A stretch of 64,000 bases of DNA, taken from positions 534 through 64,533 of the forward strand of contig CALUGA010000010.1 in NCBI GenBank assembly GCA_944320105.1. Reading direction: 5' to 3'. The position numbers and the translations under genes are program-made. Under the pieces are notes generated by a model. That model worked only from the letters and a program-made list of their open reading frames with translations, was not told where the DNA came from and ran no database searches. Positions within the stretch are counted from its first letter, which is position 1. The number at the start of each line of letters is the position of its first letter. This DNA comes from an uncultured Prevotella sp. (lineage in GTDB: Bacteria > Bacteroidota > Bacteroidia > Bacteroidales > Bacteroidaceae). Positions 20,256 through 30,068 of this stretch are shown piece after piece.

Positions 20256-23200
20256 GATGCGGCCCACGGCAGGGGCAGTGCGTCAATCTCCTGCATCAGT
20301 CGGCGTGTGGCGCATAGGGCGTAGATTATCTCCTCGTAGTGGCGTATGGCGGCGAAGTCGAGCCGCTGGCCACGGCGGTCCTTGAGCCACTTCTGCGCCG
20401 GCTGGTAGCCGCCTATGAAGAAGTTCCACGCCTCGGGGCTAACGCCGCCGAAGCACTGCCCGTCGTTTATCCACACGCGCTCCCCGTCGTGGCGCAGCTG
20501 CTCCACCACGTTGCTGCCCGCATAGGGGAAGGTGGCGCCTACGCTCCAGCCCGCCGAGCCTTCCATGAGGTGCAGTTGCCTCAGCTCCGTTCCCTTTTCT
20601 GCCAGTGCGTGGAACAGTTGCCGGTCGGCAGGGTAGGGTATGCGGGGAAAGTCTATCTTAAGGAATTCCTTGTAACGCTCCCTGTAAGCCGGGCTGTGCA
20701 GCACGGCGTAGATGTAGTCGAACAATTCAATAGGCTCGGCCTCTTCGCCCAATGCCTCTTCGATTTTCGCGATAATGTCGGGGCGGAAGTTGGGGGTAAG
20801 AGCCATGGAGCTTGAATTTTCAAAAATTCGACCGGCTTCGCCGGTAACGAAAAGAGGAAATGTACATCCTCCCCCACGTCTAAATGCATTTAAGTCAACA
20901 AGGGATTTGCTTACAAATATGATGTTCCATTCCATATTTCCAACGGCTTGTCCTTGTCTTCCAATGACCAATCCCAAATTCCGATGGTTTAACATATGGC
21001 GAAACAAACGGTATCGTGGCCTGGCCACGATACCGTTTGTTTCATCTGTATAATAGAGGAATTTCGTGTCGAATGGCCTATAAAGAATCTCAACTATTTT
21101 GCTTTCGTCAACGTGGTCGCCAACGTTGGCCTTTGCTCTTTTTATGCTCCAATCGCGCGAATCATTTAAATTATACCTTTGGCGTACTGCTTCTTCGTCT
21201 AGATTTATTAGATCGTTTATTCTAATTCTCACATCCTGTTTGTTATCTGCAATAATAAATTCATCTCGCATGGTCATTACGCCCACCGAATTTTCCACAA
21301 ACAGCTCGTTCACTGCAAATCCCCTGTTGTATTCCTCTTCTGCTCCGAAGTCCTTTGGAACGAAGAAATACATTGGTTCACGCGGCGTTACCTCGGTAAA
21401 TGGGATGTCAGCGAGTGTGTGGTTGGCGAGGAAGTCGAGCTTAGCCTGCCTGCGGCCGAAGATGTCGTAGTGGTAAACTCGCCCAAGGTCGGTGGCCTTT
21501 TTGCGCCCGGTTTTCACGAAGATGTTAATGCTTACGCCCTGCTGTATGTTGAACACGTTCTCGTCCTTGCCGCCGTCGGGTGCGGTTTCCTTTTTCTTGC
21601 TGTTGCCGTGCAGGTCGATGGCGTATATCTTGTCGAACGTGCGGAGCAGGTTCCAGCGCATGCCTCTGAACGTTGGGTTGTCGAGGAAGCCGTGCGGGTT
21701 GATGTAGGCCAGCACACCCTCGCCGTTCTTTTCGATGAAGTGCTGCGCCATGCGTATGAACTTCACGTAGTCGTCGTTAATCCATTTGGGGTTGCGCTCG
21801 GCCAGACGGGCCTTGCCTCCCGGCTCTTTCTTGTACGTCTCCATCAGTTCCATTATCCACTCTCCCTTGTTGCGGCTTTCGCCGTTGTACGGCGGGTTGC
21901 CAAGGAGCACCATCACGGGCGTGTCGCGCTTGATGCGGTTGGCGGCGTTGGCCTCGTCGCTGAGCCACTTGGCGAAGATTGTGCCGGTGTTCTGGTGGGG
22001 TTCTTCGAGCGAGTTGGTGAGGAATATGCGCAGCCGCTCGTCGGAGCGGTGCTCGTAGCCGGTGGCGCGCAGCACCATGTCGAGCTTAAGGTGGGCTATG
22101 GTGTAGGGCGCCATGAGCAGCTCGAAGCCGTTGAGCCTCGGCAGCAGGTGCTCGGCCACGTAGTCCTGCCAGAGGCCCTGCTGCCCGCGGAACTTGTCGT
22201 GGATGAGGTTTACGGCCTCAGCCAGGAACGTGCCTGTGCCTGTGGCGGGGTCCAATATCTGCACCTTGTGGAACATAATCTTGTAGGTCTTGTGCTCGCC
22301 GCGCCGCTTGGGGTTATATTGGCTGTTGGCCACCTCGCGCGCCACGAGGCTGTAGTCGGCCAGGCCCATGGGCAGGTTGAAGTCGCTGGCGAGCAGGCCG
22401 TCTACCGCGCCCACCATGAAGCGCACCACGGGCAGCGGCGTGTACCAAACGCCCTTTTCCTTTCTCAGCGCGGGGTGGTAAGCCCTGAGGAAGTCCTCGT
22501 AGAAGTGGATCATGGGGTCGCGCCGGCTGTCGTGGCCTCCATAGTCGGCCATGATGCGGTTGAGTTCGGTGGCGCGGAACATGGTGGCCACGTCGTCCAC
22601 CACCCATGCTATGCGCTCGTCGAGGTCGTATCCGGCTATGTTCTGGAACACCTTCCGCAGGAAAGGGTTTGTCTTTGGTATGAGCGTGGCCGCCTCGAAG
22701 CGCGAGAAAGTGTCGGGCGTGGTGTCGTGCAGGCGGGCGGCGAACATGCCGTAGACGATGGTCTGCGAGTAGATGTCGGCAAACTCCTCGTATGTAAGTG
22801 TGCTTATGAGCACGTCCTTGAAGGCCATGTACTCTGTGGCTATCTGGCTCATCTCCGCATCGGGGTGCTCGTTGGGGTCTTCTTCATCGATAGACTTGCG
22901 CATTATGTCGCCCAACAGCCTCGCCTTGGCGGCCATGGCTTCGGCCAGCCGCGTGGCGGAAGTTATGGCCTGCGGCTCCGCCCCGGCCATGCGCTGCATT
23001 GCCGCCTGCCATAGGGGGAAGCCGTCCTTGCAGGCCACGGCCTTGTCGCCGCGCAGCTCGCCGAGGCGTATGGCATCGGTGAGTTGCCCGCCCTCGTAGA
23101 AGTGGAAGTCGAGGTAGTCGGTAAACACTATGTGGTCGAGCGAGTCGCGGTAGCGGGCGAACTGCTCGCGGTGCTGGCGGCGGCCGTCGAGGTCGGTGTC

Positions 23201-23425
23201 GCCAATGTCTTTCGTTTCCACGAAGGCGGCGGGCAGTCCATCGGCATGGCGCATGATGATGAAGTCGGGCGCGCCGCAGGCTATGCGCCGCGGCTCGTTG
23301 GTCACGTCGAAGCCCGGCAGCGTGGCGTCGAGCAGCTGCTTCAGCGCCGGGCGGTAGCTGTGCTCGCGGGCCATTCCCGTGGCCATCTGGCGGTTCAGTT
23401 CGGCAATGTATTCACTGTGTGTCAT
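20252..23425 (-). CDS. Single-chain restriction-modification enzyme (Type IIG/IIL, ISP-like specificity domain; N6-adenine MTase)
   Basis: N-terminal GAPDF...FVETK nuclease motif, GVWYTP, ILDPATGTGTF, GNPPY, YRPFD, DFPRIP and IGGYQPAQKWLKDR; no helicase motifs. Start trimmed to MTHSEY after the TACCTTTG box. Confidence 0.9.
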   Translation of the reverse strand: MTHSEYIAELNRQMATGMAREHSYRPALKQLLDATLPGFDVTNEPRRIACGAPDFIIMRHADGLPAAFVETKDIGDTDLDGRRQHREQFARYRDSLDHIVFTDYLDFHFYEGGQLTDAIRLGELRGDKAVACKDGFPLWQAAMQRMAGAEPQAITSATRLAEAMAAKARLLGDIMRKSIDEEDPNEHPDAEMSQIATEYMAFKDVLISTLTYEEFADIYSQTIVYGMFAARLHDTTPDTFSRFEAATLIPKTNPFLRKVFQNIAGYDLDERIAWVVDDVATMFRATELNRIMADYGGHDSRRDPMIHFYEDFLRAYHPALRKEKGVWYTPLPVVRFMVGAVDGLLASDFNLPMGLADYSLVAREVANSQYNPKRRGEHKTYKIMFHKVQILDPATGTGTFLAEAVNLIHDKFRGQQGLWQDYVAEHLLPRLNGFELLMAPYTIAHLKLDMVLRATGYEHRSDERLRIFLTNSLEEPHQNTGTIFAKWLSDEANAANRIKRDTPVMVLLGNPPYNGESRNKGEWIMELMETYKKEPGGKARLAERNPKWINDDYVKFIRMAQHFIEKNGEGVLAYINPHGFLDNPTFRGMRWNLLRTFDKIYAIDLHGNSKKKETAPDGGKDENVFNIQQGVSINIFVKTGRKKATDLGRVYHYDIFGRRQAKLDFLANHTLADIPFTEVTPREPMYFFVPKDFGAEEEYNRGFAVNELFVENSVGVMTMRDEFIIADNKQDVRIRINDLINLDEEAVRQRYNLNDSRDWSIKRAKANVGDHVDESKIVEILYRPFDTKFLYYTDETNGIVARPRYRLFRHMLNHRNLGLVIGRQGQAVGNMEWNIIFVSKSLVDLNAFRRGGGCTFPLFVTGEAGRIFENSSSMALTPNFRPDIIAKIEEALGEEAEPIELFDYIYAVLHSPAYRERYKEFLKIDFPRIPYPADRQLFHALAEKGTELRQLHLMEGSAGWSVGATFPYAGSNVVEQLRHDGERVWINDGQCFGGVSPEAWNFFIGGYQPAQKWLKDRRGQRLDFAAIRHYEEIIYALCATRRLMQEIDALPLPWAAS

Positions 23426-23570
23426 GCAGGCAAAGGTAGCAAAAAGGCGGCAAACGGCAAAACGATTGGGCGGGAAAACAATGCTTGTTGCCACCAGTGC
23501 GATAGCCCATGATGCATGACAAATTCCTTACAAACCGTATTCCTGTACTCCCTCGCAGCCATCCCGCCCT

Positions 23571-23712
23571 GCCGAACGGCCTGTTTCAGGTTGCCAAACG
23601 GCCTGTTTTAGGTTGCGAAACGGCCTGTTTGGAATGATGAAACGGCCTGTTTGACAAGTAGTTGAGGCTCAGGTTGTTACGTGATGGCATACGCTTTGCG
23701 AAATATGTTTAC
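23571..23712. repeat. 22-bp-period array element, copy 2
   Basis: Four aacggcctgttt cores at 22-bp spacing, followed by the tail gcgaaatatgtttac. Confidence 0.8.
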
Positions 23713-23714
23713 AC

Positions 23715-24140
23715 AAGTTCTGGACATAAGCATTCGTTGGGATTAAGCAGTGGGATTTATCATGTAGAGACGCAAAATCTTGCGTCTGACATTGTTGTGT
23801 GCATTCGTTTTAACCCGAATCGGTCATTAGAATCCAAAACGATTCCATTCTATTGCCGTGCAGATTGGCTGTCGCCTTTGTCGATGGCGCTGTGGTAGAG
23901 ACGCGGCGCGCCACGTCTCTACGTCGAGACAAAGCGGCAGGCAAGATGTCGGCAAGAGGATGGAAGCGTTTGGAAAGCCGACCACTGGCACAAAAACATG
24001 TGTTAGGCGGTCTAAAGACCGATTTGGGTTTAAGGCATTGGCCACTCCGAGACGCAAAATTTTGCGTCTCTACAAATGGCAGACAGCAGGGCTGAGACTT
24101 ACTTCCTTGTAGAACAAACGAAAATCCTTATCCCGAACTC
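23715..24140. mobile_element. MITE-like element A (copy 1) interrupted by element B
   Basis: Both halves match 47078-47223 (gattaagcagtggga...catgtagagacgcaaaat; acaaacgaaaatc...atcccgaactc). Confidence 0.7.
23810..24032. mobile_element. MITE-like element B (copy 1)
   Basis: Terminal inverted repeats taacccgaatcggtcattaga ... tctaaagaccgatttgggtta-like; near copy at 28830-29030. Confidence 0.8.
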
Positions 24141-24431
24141 TCGTATATTTACACAGATGGTGATGCGAGGCAGCCGTGCGTGGGGCTGTGTGGGCGGCGC
24201 ACCGGCAGTGGGGTGGGGCTTGGTGGCAGGTGCGGTTCGGATGGAAGTTACATACAAATTGGCGGTTTTAAGCGTTTTTAACCATATAATTGTCATCATG
24301 TATGCATTAAAACTGTATATTTGCACTGATATGCGGCAAAATGCCTGCCTATCCGTCACGGCGCATATAAAGGGAGCCGGGTGTGCAGTGGCGGCGTTAT
24401 GCGTAACGGCCGGCTCCCGCCTGTAAGTACT

Positions 24432-27400
24432 ATGAGCAAGGATTTACGCCACAGAGCCTTGTCCCTTGGTGCGCTGCTTGCACTGTTGTTTGCAAGCATT
24501 GGCGCGTGGGGGCAGTCTTATTCAGTAAACGAGGGCTTCGAGGGCAGCCAGTTCCCGCCCGAGGGGTGGACTGTGCTGGACCGCGATGGCGACGGCCACG
24601 GCTGGCAGCTCGCCACCATGAGCGACGCCACCACCAACGGGCGGCAGACCGCCATCTCCTACACCGTAGACCCCGAGAACCCTTACGAGGCGCTCGGTGA
24701 GCAAGACAACTGGCTCATCACGCCGCGCATCAGCGTAACCAACGAGACCTTCCTCCTGTCGTTTGACTATTGCGCGCAAGACCTCGACAGCCGCGAGCAC
24801 ATGCAGGTGCTCATCTCTGAGGCAGGCACCGCGCCCGAAGACTTCACCACGGTGCTCGTCGACGAAACCGTGGACAACGGCTACGACGATTATCCCACGA
24901 TGCAGCAGATGAGCCGCTCGCTCGCCGACTACGTTGGCAAGAGCATCTACATAGCCTTTGTACACACCGGCTCGGGCAGCTACGCCCTCGGCATTGACGA
25001 CGTGCAGGTGAGCAACGAGCGCGGCCCCAGGCCCGTTACCGGGCTCAGCGTAACCCCCGGCAGCGAGGGTGCGCTTACGGCCACCATCGCCTGGACCAAC
25101 CCCTCGGCTGATGGCACGGGCGAGCCCATCTCCGGCAGCCTTGCCGCAGGCATCTACCGCGACGGCCTGCTCATAGCCACAATCGCCGAGGGCATTGAGC
25201 CGGGCGGGCAGTCTACTTATACCGACAATGATGTGCAGGCCGGTCGCCACACCTATTCGGTGGTGGTGCGCACCTCCGAGGGGCAGTCGGCGGCAGTGTC
25301 TCGCTCGGCCTACGTGGGCGAGGACATACCCGCAGAGATTGAGGCCGTAACCGCAACGGTGCAGGACGGCGTCACCATCCTTGCCTGGGCAGCTCCCACC
25401 GAGGGCGCAGGCGGTGGCTATGTAAACCCCGCCAACATCACCTATACCGTGCAGCGCGTAACTGCCGACGGCACAGTTACCATTGCCGAGAGCCTGAAGG
25501 AAACGCGCTTTGCCGACAGCGAGGTGGCGGCAGGCGTGCTCCACTCCTACATCGTGACCCCGGCCAATGCCGCAGGCGCTGGCGAGCCAACAGCTTCCAA
25601 CGCAGTGGTAGCCTACGGCGACGCACTTGCCGACATCACAGTGGGCGCCGGCGCCACCACCGACTATGGCAACCCCACGCTGCCCTTCGACCTCGGCTCG
25701 CGCTACGGGGTCTTCCAGGCCATCTATTACCCCGCCGACCTGATGTACGCCAAGGGTACGATAAAGCACATTGTGCTCAAGAACAACTTCACCTCTGGCT
25801 CGCTCGAAAAGCCAATCAAGGTGTACTTGGCCGAGACCGACAACGAGACGCTGGCCGAAGGGTGGCTGCCCGTGGACGGCATGACGCTCGTTTACGACGG
25901 CAACGTGGCCATGCCGCAGGGCGCGAACGACATCCCCATCGACCTCCAGGCACCGTATGAATACTCCGGCAAGAACCTCGTGGTGGCCATCCACATGGAC
26001 TACGCACAAGGCACGGGCGGCTATTTCCACCGCTTCTACGTGGAGCCTACGCCCAACCGCGCCGACCGCGCCCGCACCTACGCCTCGTTCGACGAGATAG
26101 ACCCCGCAGCCTTGCAGCCCTCCGACGGCGACCTTGAAGCCGCCATACCGCTTACGCGCTTCATCGTAGAGGCCAAGGGCGTGGCCACCGTGGGCGGCAC
26201 CGTCACCAACAAAGTCACAGGCGAACCTGTGGCCGGGGCCACCGTGGCCATAGCTGCCTACGGGCTTAGCGCCACCACTGCCGCCGACGGCTCTTACAGC
26301 TTCTACCTCGTGCCTTCGGGCAGCCAGGAGGTGAGCATCGCCGTCCCGGGTTACATCGCTTACACAGCCACTATCACCGTGCAGGACGGCGGCCGGCAGC
26401 AGGCCGACTTCGCCATCGACCCAATGCCCACCATAGCCGTTACGGGCCGCATAGTGGCGGGCGACACGGGCAAGCCCGTGGCCGGGGCAGCCATAAAGGC
26501 CACCGGCTACACTGAGGCTGCCACCGTCAGCGGGGCCGACGGCACGTTTACGCTTGCCGGCGTGTATGCCGGCGAGGACTACTCGCTGAGCATAGAGCTG
26601 CCGCTCTACGACGTGGTGCGCCGCGATTTGAACTCAGCCGAGGACGTGGCCCTGGGCGACGTGACGCTCAGCCGCTCGCTCATAGCCGCCTATGGCCTTG
26701 AGGCTGCCATCTCGCCCGACGGCACCGAGGCATCGCTCACGTGGAAGGACCCGCTCAGCCGCACAGGGCGCACCGCTTGGACGCAGTGGGGCGAGTCGAT
26801 GACCAACAGCAGTGTCAATGGCGATTACTATTCCACCGAATACAACGTGGCCCATGCCTTCACCGCAGAGGACACCGAGGACTCGCTCATGGTGGGCCAG
26901 AGCATCCTCGGCATGAAGGTATTCATAGCCGCCACCGAGGGCACTTTCACCGCCACCGTATGGCAGGGAACGCGCGAGGCCAACACCGTGGTGGCCAGCA
27001 AGGTGATTCCCGCCGAGGAAATAAGCGCCGAGGGTTCGTGGGTTACGGTGTGGTTTGATGATCCCGGCGTTGAGATAAAGCCCGGGCGCGATTACCTTGT
27101 GGGAGTGAACTGCAAGGGCGCGTCCGACTATCCCATCGGCGTGGCCGGCTACGGCTCCGACATCGAAGGCAAGAACAACGTGAAGTGGGGCGACAGCCCT
27201 TATACCAACAACGGTTACTATGCATGGAACATATCGGCCTACTGCGGCATACCCGGCACCGAGCTGCCCATAACCACTGAGACCGACGCGCCAGCCTGCC
27301 TCTACAACGTATACCGCACTGAGGCTGCCGACGGCGCCACTCCCGTGAAGCTCAATGCCGAGCCGCTGCAGGCAACGGCCTTCACCGACGGCGCATGGGG

Positions 27401-28790
27401 CGAGCTTACCTCCGGCAAGTATGTCTACACTGTCATGGCCGTATATGGCGGCGATGCAGAGTCGGCCGCTGCGTCTTCCGACACACTGGCGCGCGCCGTC
27501 AACACCGACGCCGGCGTAACGGCCATCCTCTCGCCCGCCAAGTCGCGCGACCCGCAGTCGGAGGTCACCGTGAGGGTGAGCGTAATCAACTACGGTGAGA
27601 AGCCGCTCACGTCAGTGCCTGTTTACTTCCGCGTAAACGGCGGCGAGCCTGTGGGCAAGACGTTCGACGTGAGCCTCAACAAGGGCGAGACGGCCGAGCT
27701 TGAGCTTGGCACGTTTGGCACATCCGAGCGCGCACTCTACCTCTTCGAGGCATTTACCAGGCTCGAAGGCGACGAGGCTGCCGCCAACGATACGGCATCG
27801 TTCGTACTGCCAAACTTCGACAACGTTACCCTGCGCGCCTACCGCTGGGACGCATATGGCAATGCCGGCATGATGCGCCTTTACTCCAACATACCCGAGG
27901 AGGCTCAGTTCCTAAAGGAGGTGACGCCCGACGAGGCCCTCATCCACGCCGGCGAGTATTACTCCGGCAGGCTCTATGCCTATACGTCAACGTGGGCTTC
28001 GGAGCCGCGCCAGTTTGTTGTGCTCGACACCATCACTTGGACGCCGGTGTCATCTGTGCGCACCGAGGACTTCGTGCAGGACATGGCCTACGACTATTCC
28101 ACTGCCACGATGTATGGCATACGCGTCTCCGGCGATGCCAGCGAGCTTGTAACCATCGACCTCGCCACAGGTGCCTGCACCCCGGTAGGCTCTACCGGAG
28201 CCAACCTCCACGCCCTTGCCTGCGACGTTGAGGGCCAGCTCTACGCCATGGACAGCGAGGGCAACCTCTGCACCGTGAACAAGGCTACTGGCCAGCTAAC
28301 GGTGGTGGGCAGCACGGGCGTAACCGACGTGGCCTACCTGCAGTCGATGGCATTCGACCATAACAGCGGCCGCCTCTTCTGGGCGCACACCGGCGACCTA
28401 TCGCAGGGCGAGCTTTACGAGGTTGACCCTGCCACGGCGATGCTCACCCCGCTCGGCACTACGCTCTTTGAGGGCAGGCCGTCGGAGCTGGTTGCGCTCT
28501 ACGTGCCTTACACCCACGTGGTGGATGGCATTGAGGAAACACGTGGCGAGGGCGGACGGCTTGCCGTAAGCTCTGCCGGGCGTGGCCGCCTGCGCATAGA
28601 GCTGCCTGCCGCCGATGGCGAGGGCGCAGTGGTGCGCATCGTGAGCATGGCCGGCGTGACTGTCAGGACGGTGGCCACGGGCGCGGGTGTTTCCGTAGTT
28701 GATGCCGTGCTCCAGCCCGGAGTCTACGTGGCTGTGGCCGAGATGGGCGATGGCCGTGTGCTCAAGGCCAAGCCCTTCGTGGCCGAGTGA
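24432..28790 (+). CDS. Large surface adhesin-like protein (cleaved-adhesin, FN3-like, carboxypeptidase-regulatory-like, CARDB-like and propeller-like modules; probable T9SS C-terminal domain)
   Basis: Signal peptide; EGFEG..FPPEGWTVLDRDGDGHGW and DNWLITP (cleaved adhesin type); C-terminal LQPGVYVA...KPFVAE. Individual domain calls are by eye. Confidence 0.82.
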   Translation: MSKDLRHRALSLGALLALLFASIGAWGQSYSVNEGFEGSQFPPEGWTVLDRDGDGHGWQLATMSDATTNGRQTAISYTVDPENPYEALGEQDNWLITPRISVTNETFLLSFDYCAQDLDSREHMQVLISEAGTAPEDFTTVLVDETVDNGYDDYPTMQQMSRSLADYVGKSIYIAFVHTGSGSYALGIDDVQVSNERGPRPVTGLSVTPGSEGALTATIAWTNPSADGTGEPISGSLAAGIYRDGLLIATIAEGIEPGGQSTYTDNDVQAGRHTYSVVVRTSEGQSAAVSRSAYVGEDIPAEIEAVTATVQDGVTILAWAAPTEGAGGGYVNPANITYTVQRVTADGTVTIAESLKETRFADSEVAAGVLHSYIVTPANAAGAGEPTASNAVVAYGDALADITVGAGATTDYGNPTLPFDLGSRYGVFQAIYYPADLMYAKGTIKHIVLKNNFTSGSLEKPIKVYLAETDNETLAEGWLPVDGMTLVYDGNVAMPQGANDIPIDLQAPYEYSGKNLVVAIHMDYAQGTGGYFHRFYVEPTPNRADRARTYASFDEIDPAALQPSDGDLEAAIPLTRFIVEAKGVATVGGTVTNKVTGEPVAGATVAIAAYGLSATTAADGSYSFYLVPSGSQEVSIAVPGYIAYTATITVQDGGRQQADFAIDPMPTIAVTGRIVAGDTGKPVAGAAIKATGYTEAATVSGADGTFTLAGVYAGEDYSLSIELPLYDVVRRDLNSAEDVALGDVTLSRSLIAAYGLEAAISPDGTEASLTWKDPLSRTGRTAWTQWGESMTNSSVNGDYYSTEYNVAHAFTAEDTEDSLMVGQSILGMKVFIAATEGTFTATVWQGTREANTVVASKVIPAEEISAEGSWVTVWFDDPGVEIKPGRDYLVGVNCKGASDYPIGVAGYGSDIEGKNNVKWGDSPYTNNGYYAWNISAYCGIPGTELPITTETDAPACLYNVYRTEAADGATPVKLNAEPLQATAFTDGAWGELTSGKYVYTVMAVYGGDAESAAASSDTLARAVNTDAGVTAILSPAKSRDPQSEVTVRVSVINYGEKPLTSVPVYFRVNGGEPVGKTFDVSLNKGETAELELGTFGTSERALYLFEAFTRLEGDEAAANDTASFVLPNFDNVTLRAYRWDAYGNAGMMRLYSNIPEEAQFLKEVTPDEALIHAGEYYSGRLYAYTSTWASEPRQFVVLDTITWTPVSSVRTEDFVQDMAYDYSTATMYGIRVSGDASELVTIDLATGACTPVGSTGANLHALACDVEGQLYAMDSEGNLCTVNKATGQLTVVGSTGVTDVAYLQSMAFDHNSGRLFWAHTGDLSQGELYEVDPATAMLTPLGTTLFEGRPSELVALYVPYTHVVDGIEETRGEGGRLAVSSAGRGRLRIELPAADGEGAVVRIVSMAGVTVRTVATGAGVSVVDAVLQPGVYVAVAEMGDGRVLKAKPFVAE

Positions 28791-28829
28791 TTCATCAGAA
28801 GCATTCCGTAGAAGTCTTGACGATTTGAA

Positions 28830-29030
28830 TAAACCCAAATCGGTCGTTAGAGTGCAAAACGATTTCATTCTATTGTCGTGCAGATTGGCAGTCGCCTTTG
28901 TCGATGGCGTAGCGGGCTACGTCGAGACAAAGCGGCTGGCAAGATGCCGACAAGAGGATGGAAGCGTTTGGAAAGCCGGCCACATACATGAAAACAAGCG
29001 TTAGGCGGTCTAACGACCGATTTGGGATAA
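28830..29030. mobile_element. MITE-like element B (copy 2)
   Basis: taaacccaaatcggtcgttaga ... tctaacgaccgatttggg terminal inverted repeats; interior matches 23810-24032. Confidence 0.82.
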
Positions 29031-29049
29031 ACATTATCAGTAACCATGT

Positions 29050-29120
29050 GCAGATGCCGACTGGCGGAAGCCCCGTGCCTTAGTGACGCGCCACTTCCGC
29101 CGTCGGCATCTGCTTTTTTT
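29050..29120 (+). terminator. Strong intrinsic terminator
   Basis: gcagatgccgac-ggcggaag ... cttccgcc-gtcggcatctgc followed by T7. Confidence 0.75.
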
Positions 29121-29137
29121 GACAGCTTGAACTACCA

Positions 29138-29827
29138 ATGAAGAATGAAAAGAAAAAACGCTTTTACCGCCACATGGCCGTAAAGGGCTATCCGCTTTAC
29201 TGGATTTTGTTTGCTTACCTCGTAGTGGGATGGTTCTATCCTGCCGTAGGGTGGCTCGCCATTATCTGCATGGTGGGGCCTGTGGCTTTTTCAGTGAGGC
29301 GCGGCCGGTGGTGGTGCGGCAACGTATGTCCGCGCGGCAGTATGTACGACCGCCTGCTATCGCGCTACTCTCCACACCGCCCCATACCCCGATTCGTGCG
29401 CACGGTGGGCTTCAGGGCGGCTATGGTGGCCTTCATCTTTACCATGTTCGGCGTGCAGATGTATTTCGCCTGGGGCGACTTTGCCGCCATGGGCAAGGTG
29501 TTCTGGAACATAATCCTCGTTACTACGGTGGTGGGCGTGGTGCTCTCGTTCATCTACGCCCCGCGCACGTGGTGCTCGTTCTGCCCAATGGGGTCGCTCT
29601 CGGCATGGGTGGCGCCGCGCAAGGCACCGCTGCCGCGTGGCTACCGCAGCATCCGCGTGGACGACAGCTGCCGCATGAAGTGCAAGAGCTGCGCCCGCGT
29701 TTGCCCCATGCAGCTCGCGCCCTACGACAGCCGGGGCATGGCAGAGGGCTACCTCCACCCCGACTGCCTTAAGTGCGGCAAGTGCGTGGCGGCCTGCCCG
29801 CTGAAGATAATGGAGCTTAAAGCTTAA
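29138..29827 (+). CDS. Membrane 4Fe-4S binding protein (polyferredoxin/NapH-like)
   Basis: Two CxxxCP motifs (CGNVCP, CSFCP), CKSCARVCP and CLKCGKCVAACP; TM helices. Confidence 0.88.
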   Translation: MKNEKKKRFYRHMAVKGYPLYWILFAYLVVGWFYPAVGWLAIICMVGPVAFSVRRGRWWCGNVCPRGSMYDRLLSRYSPHRPIPRFVRTVGFRAAMVAFIFTMFGVQMYFAWGDFAAMGKVFWNIILVTTVVGVVLSFIYAPRTWCSFCPMGSLSAWVAPRKAPLPRGYRSIRVDDSCRMKCKSCARVCPMQLAPYDSRGMAEGYLHPDCLKCGKCVAACPLKIMELKA

Positions 29828-29869
29828 GGTTTGGTGGTTGGGGAGTACATAATTGGCTGCCTTGTCAAC

Positions 29870-29967
29870 GCAACACGGCCCGTTTCGCACTGCGAAACGG
29901 GCCGTGTTGCGTTTGTTTTCGATACATTGAGCTGAGCGTTGGTGCAGGTTTTGCGAAATATCCTTGT
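29870..29967. repeat. 22-bp-period array element, copy 3 (short; may also act as a terminator)
   Basis: gcaacacggcccgtttcgcact/gcgaaacgggccgtgttgc forms a hairpin; tail gcgaaatatccttg. Confidence 0.55.
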
Positions 29968-30068
29968 ATCGCTTGTCTTGCCTGCAACGGTGCGGTGTTG
30001 CCTCGAAAGAGCAGGTTTGTGTTGCCTTTTGGCTTGCCTTGTGCCTGTGGCGCGGCTGCCCCGTCGGT

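Noticed and set aside
23571-23660. 22-bp arrays as mini-CRISPR or iterons
   Set aside because: The units are contiguous and degenerate with no spacers, there is no cas or rep gene, and copies are dispersed.
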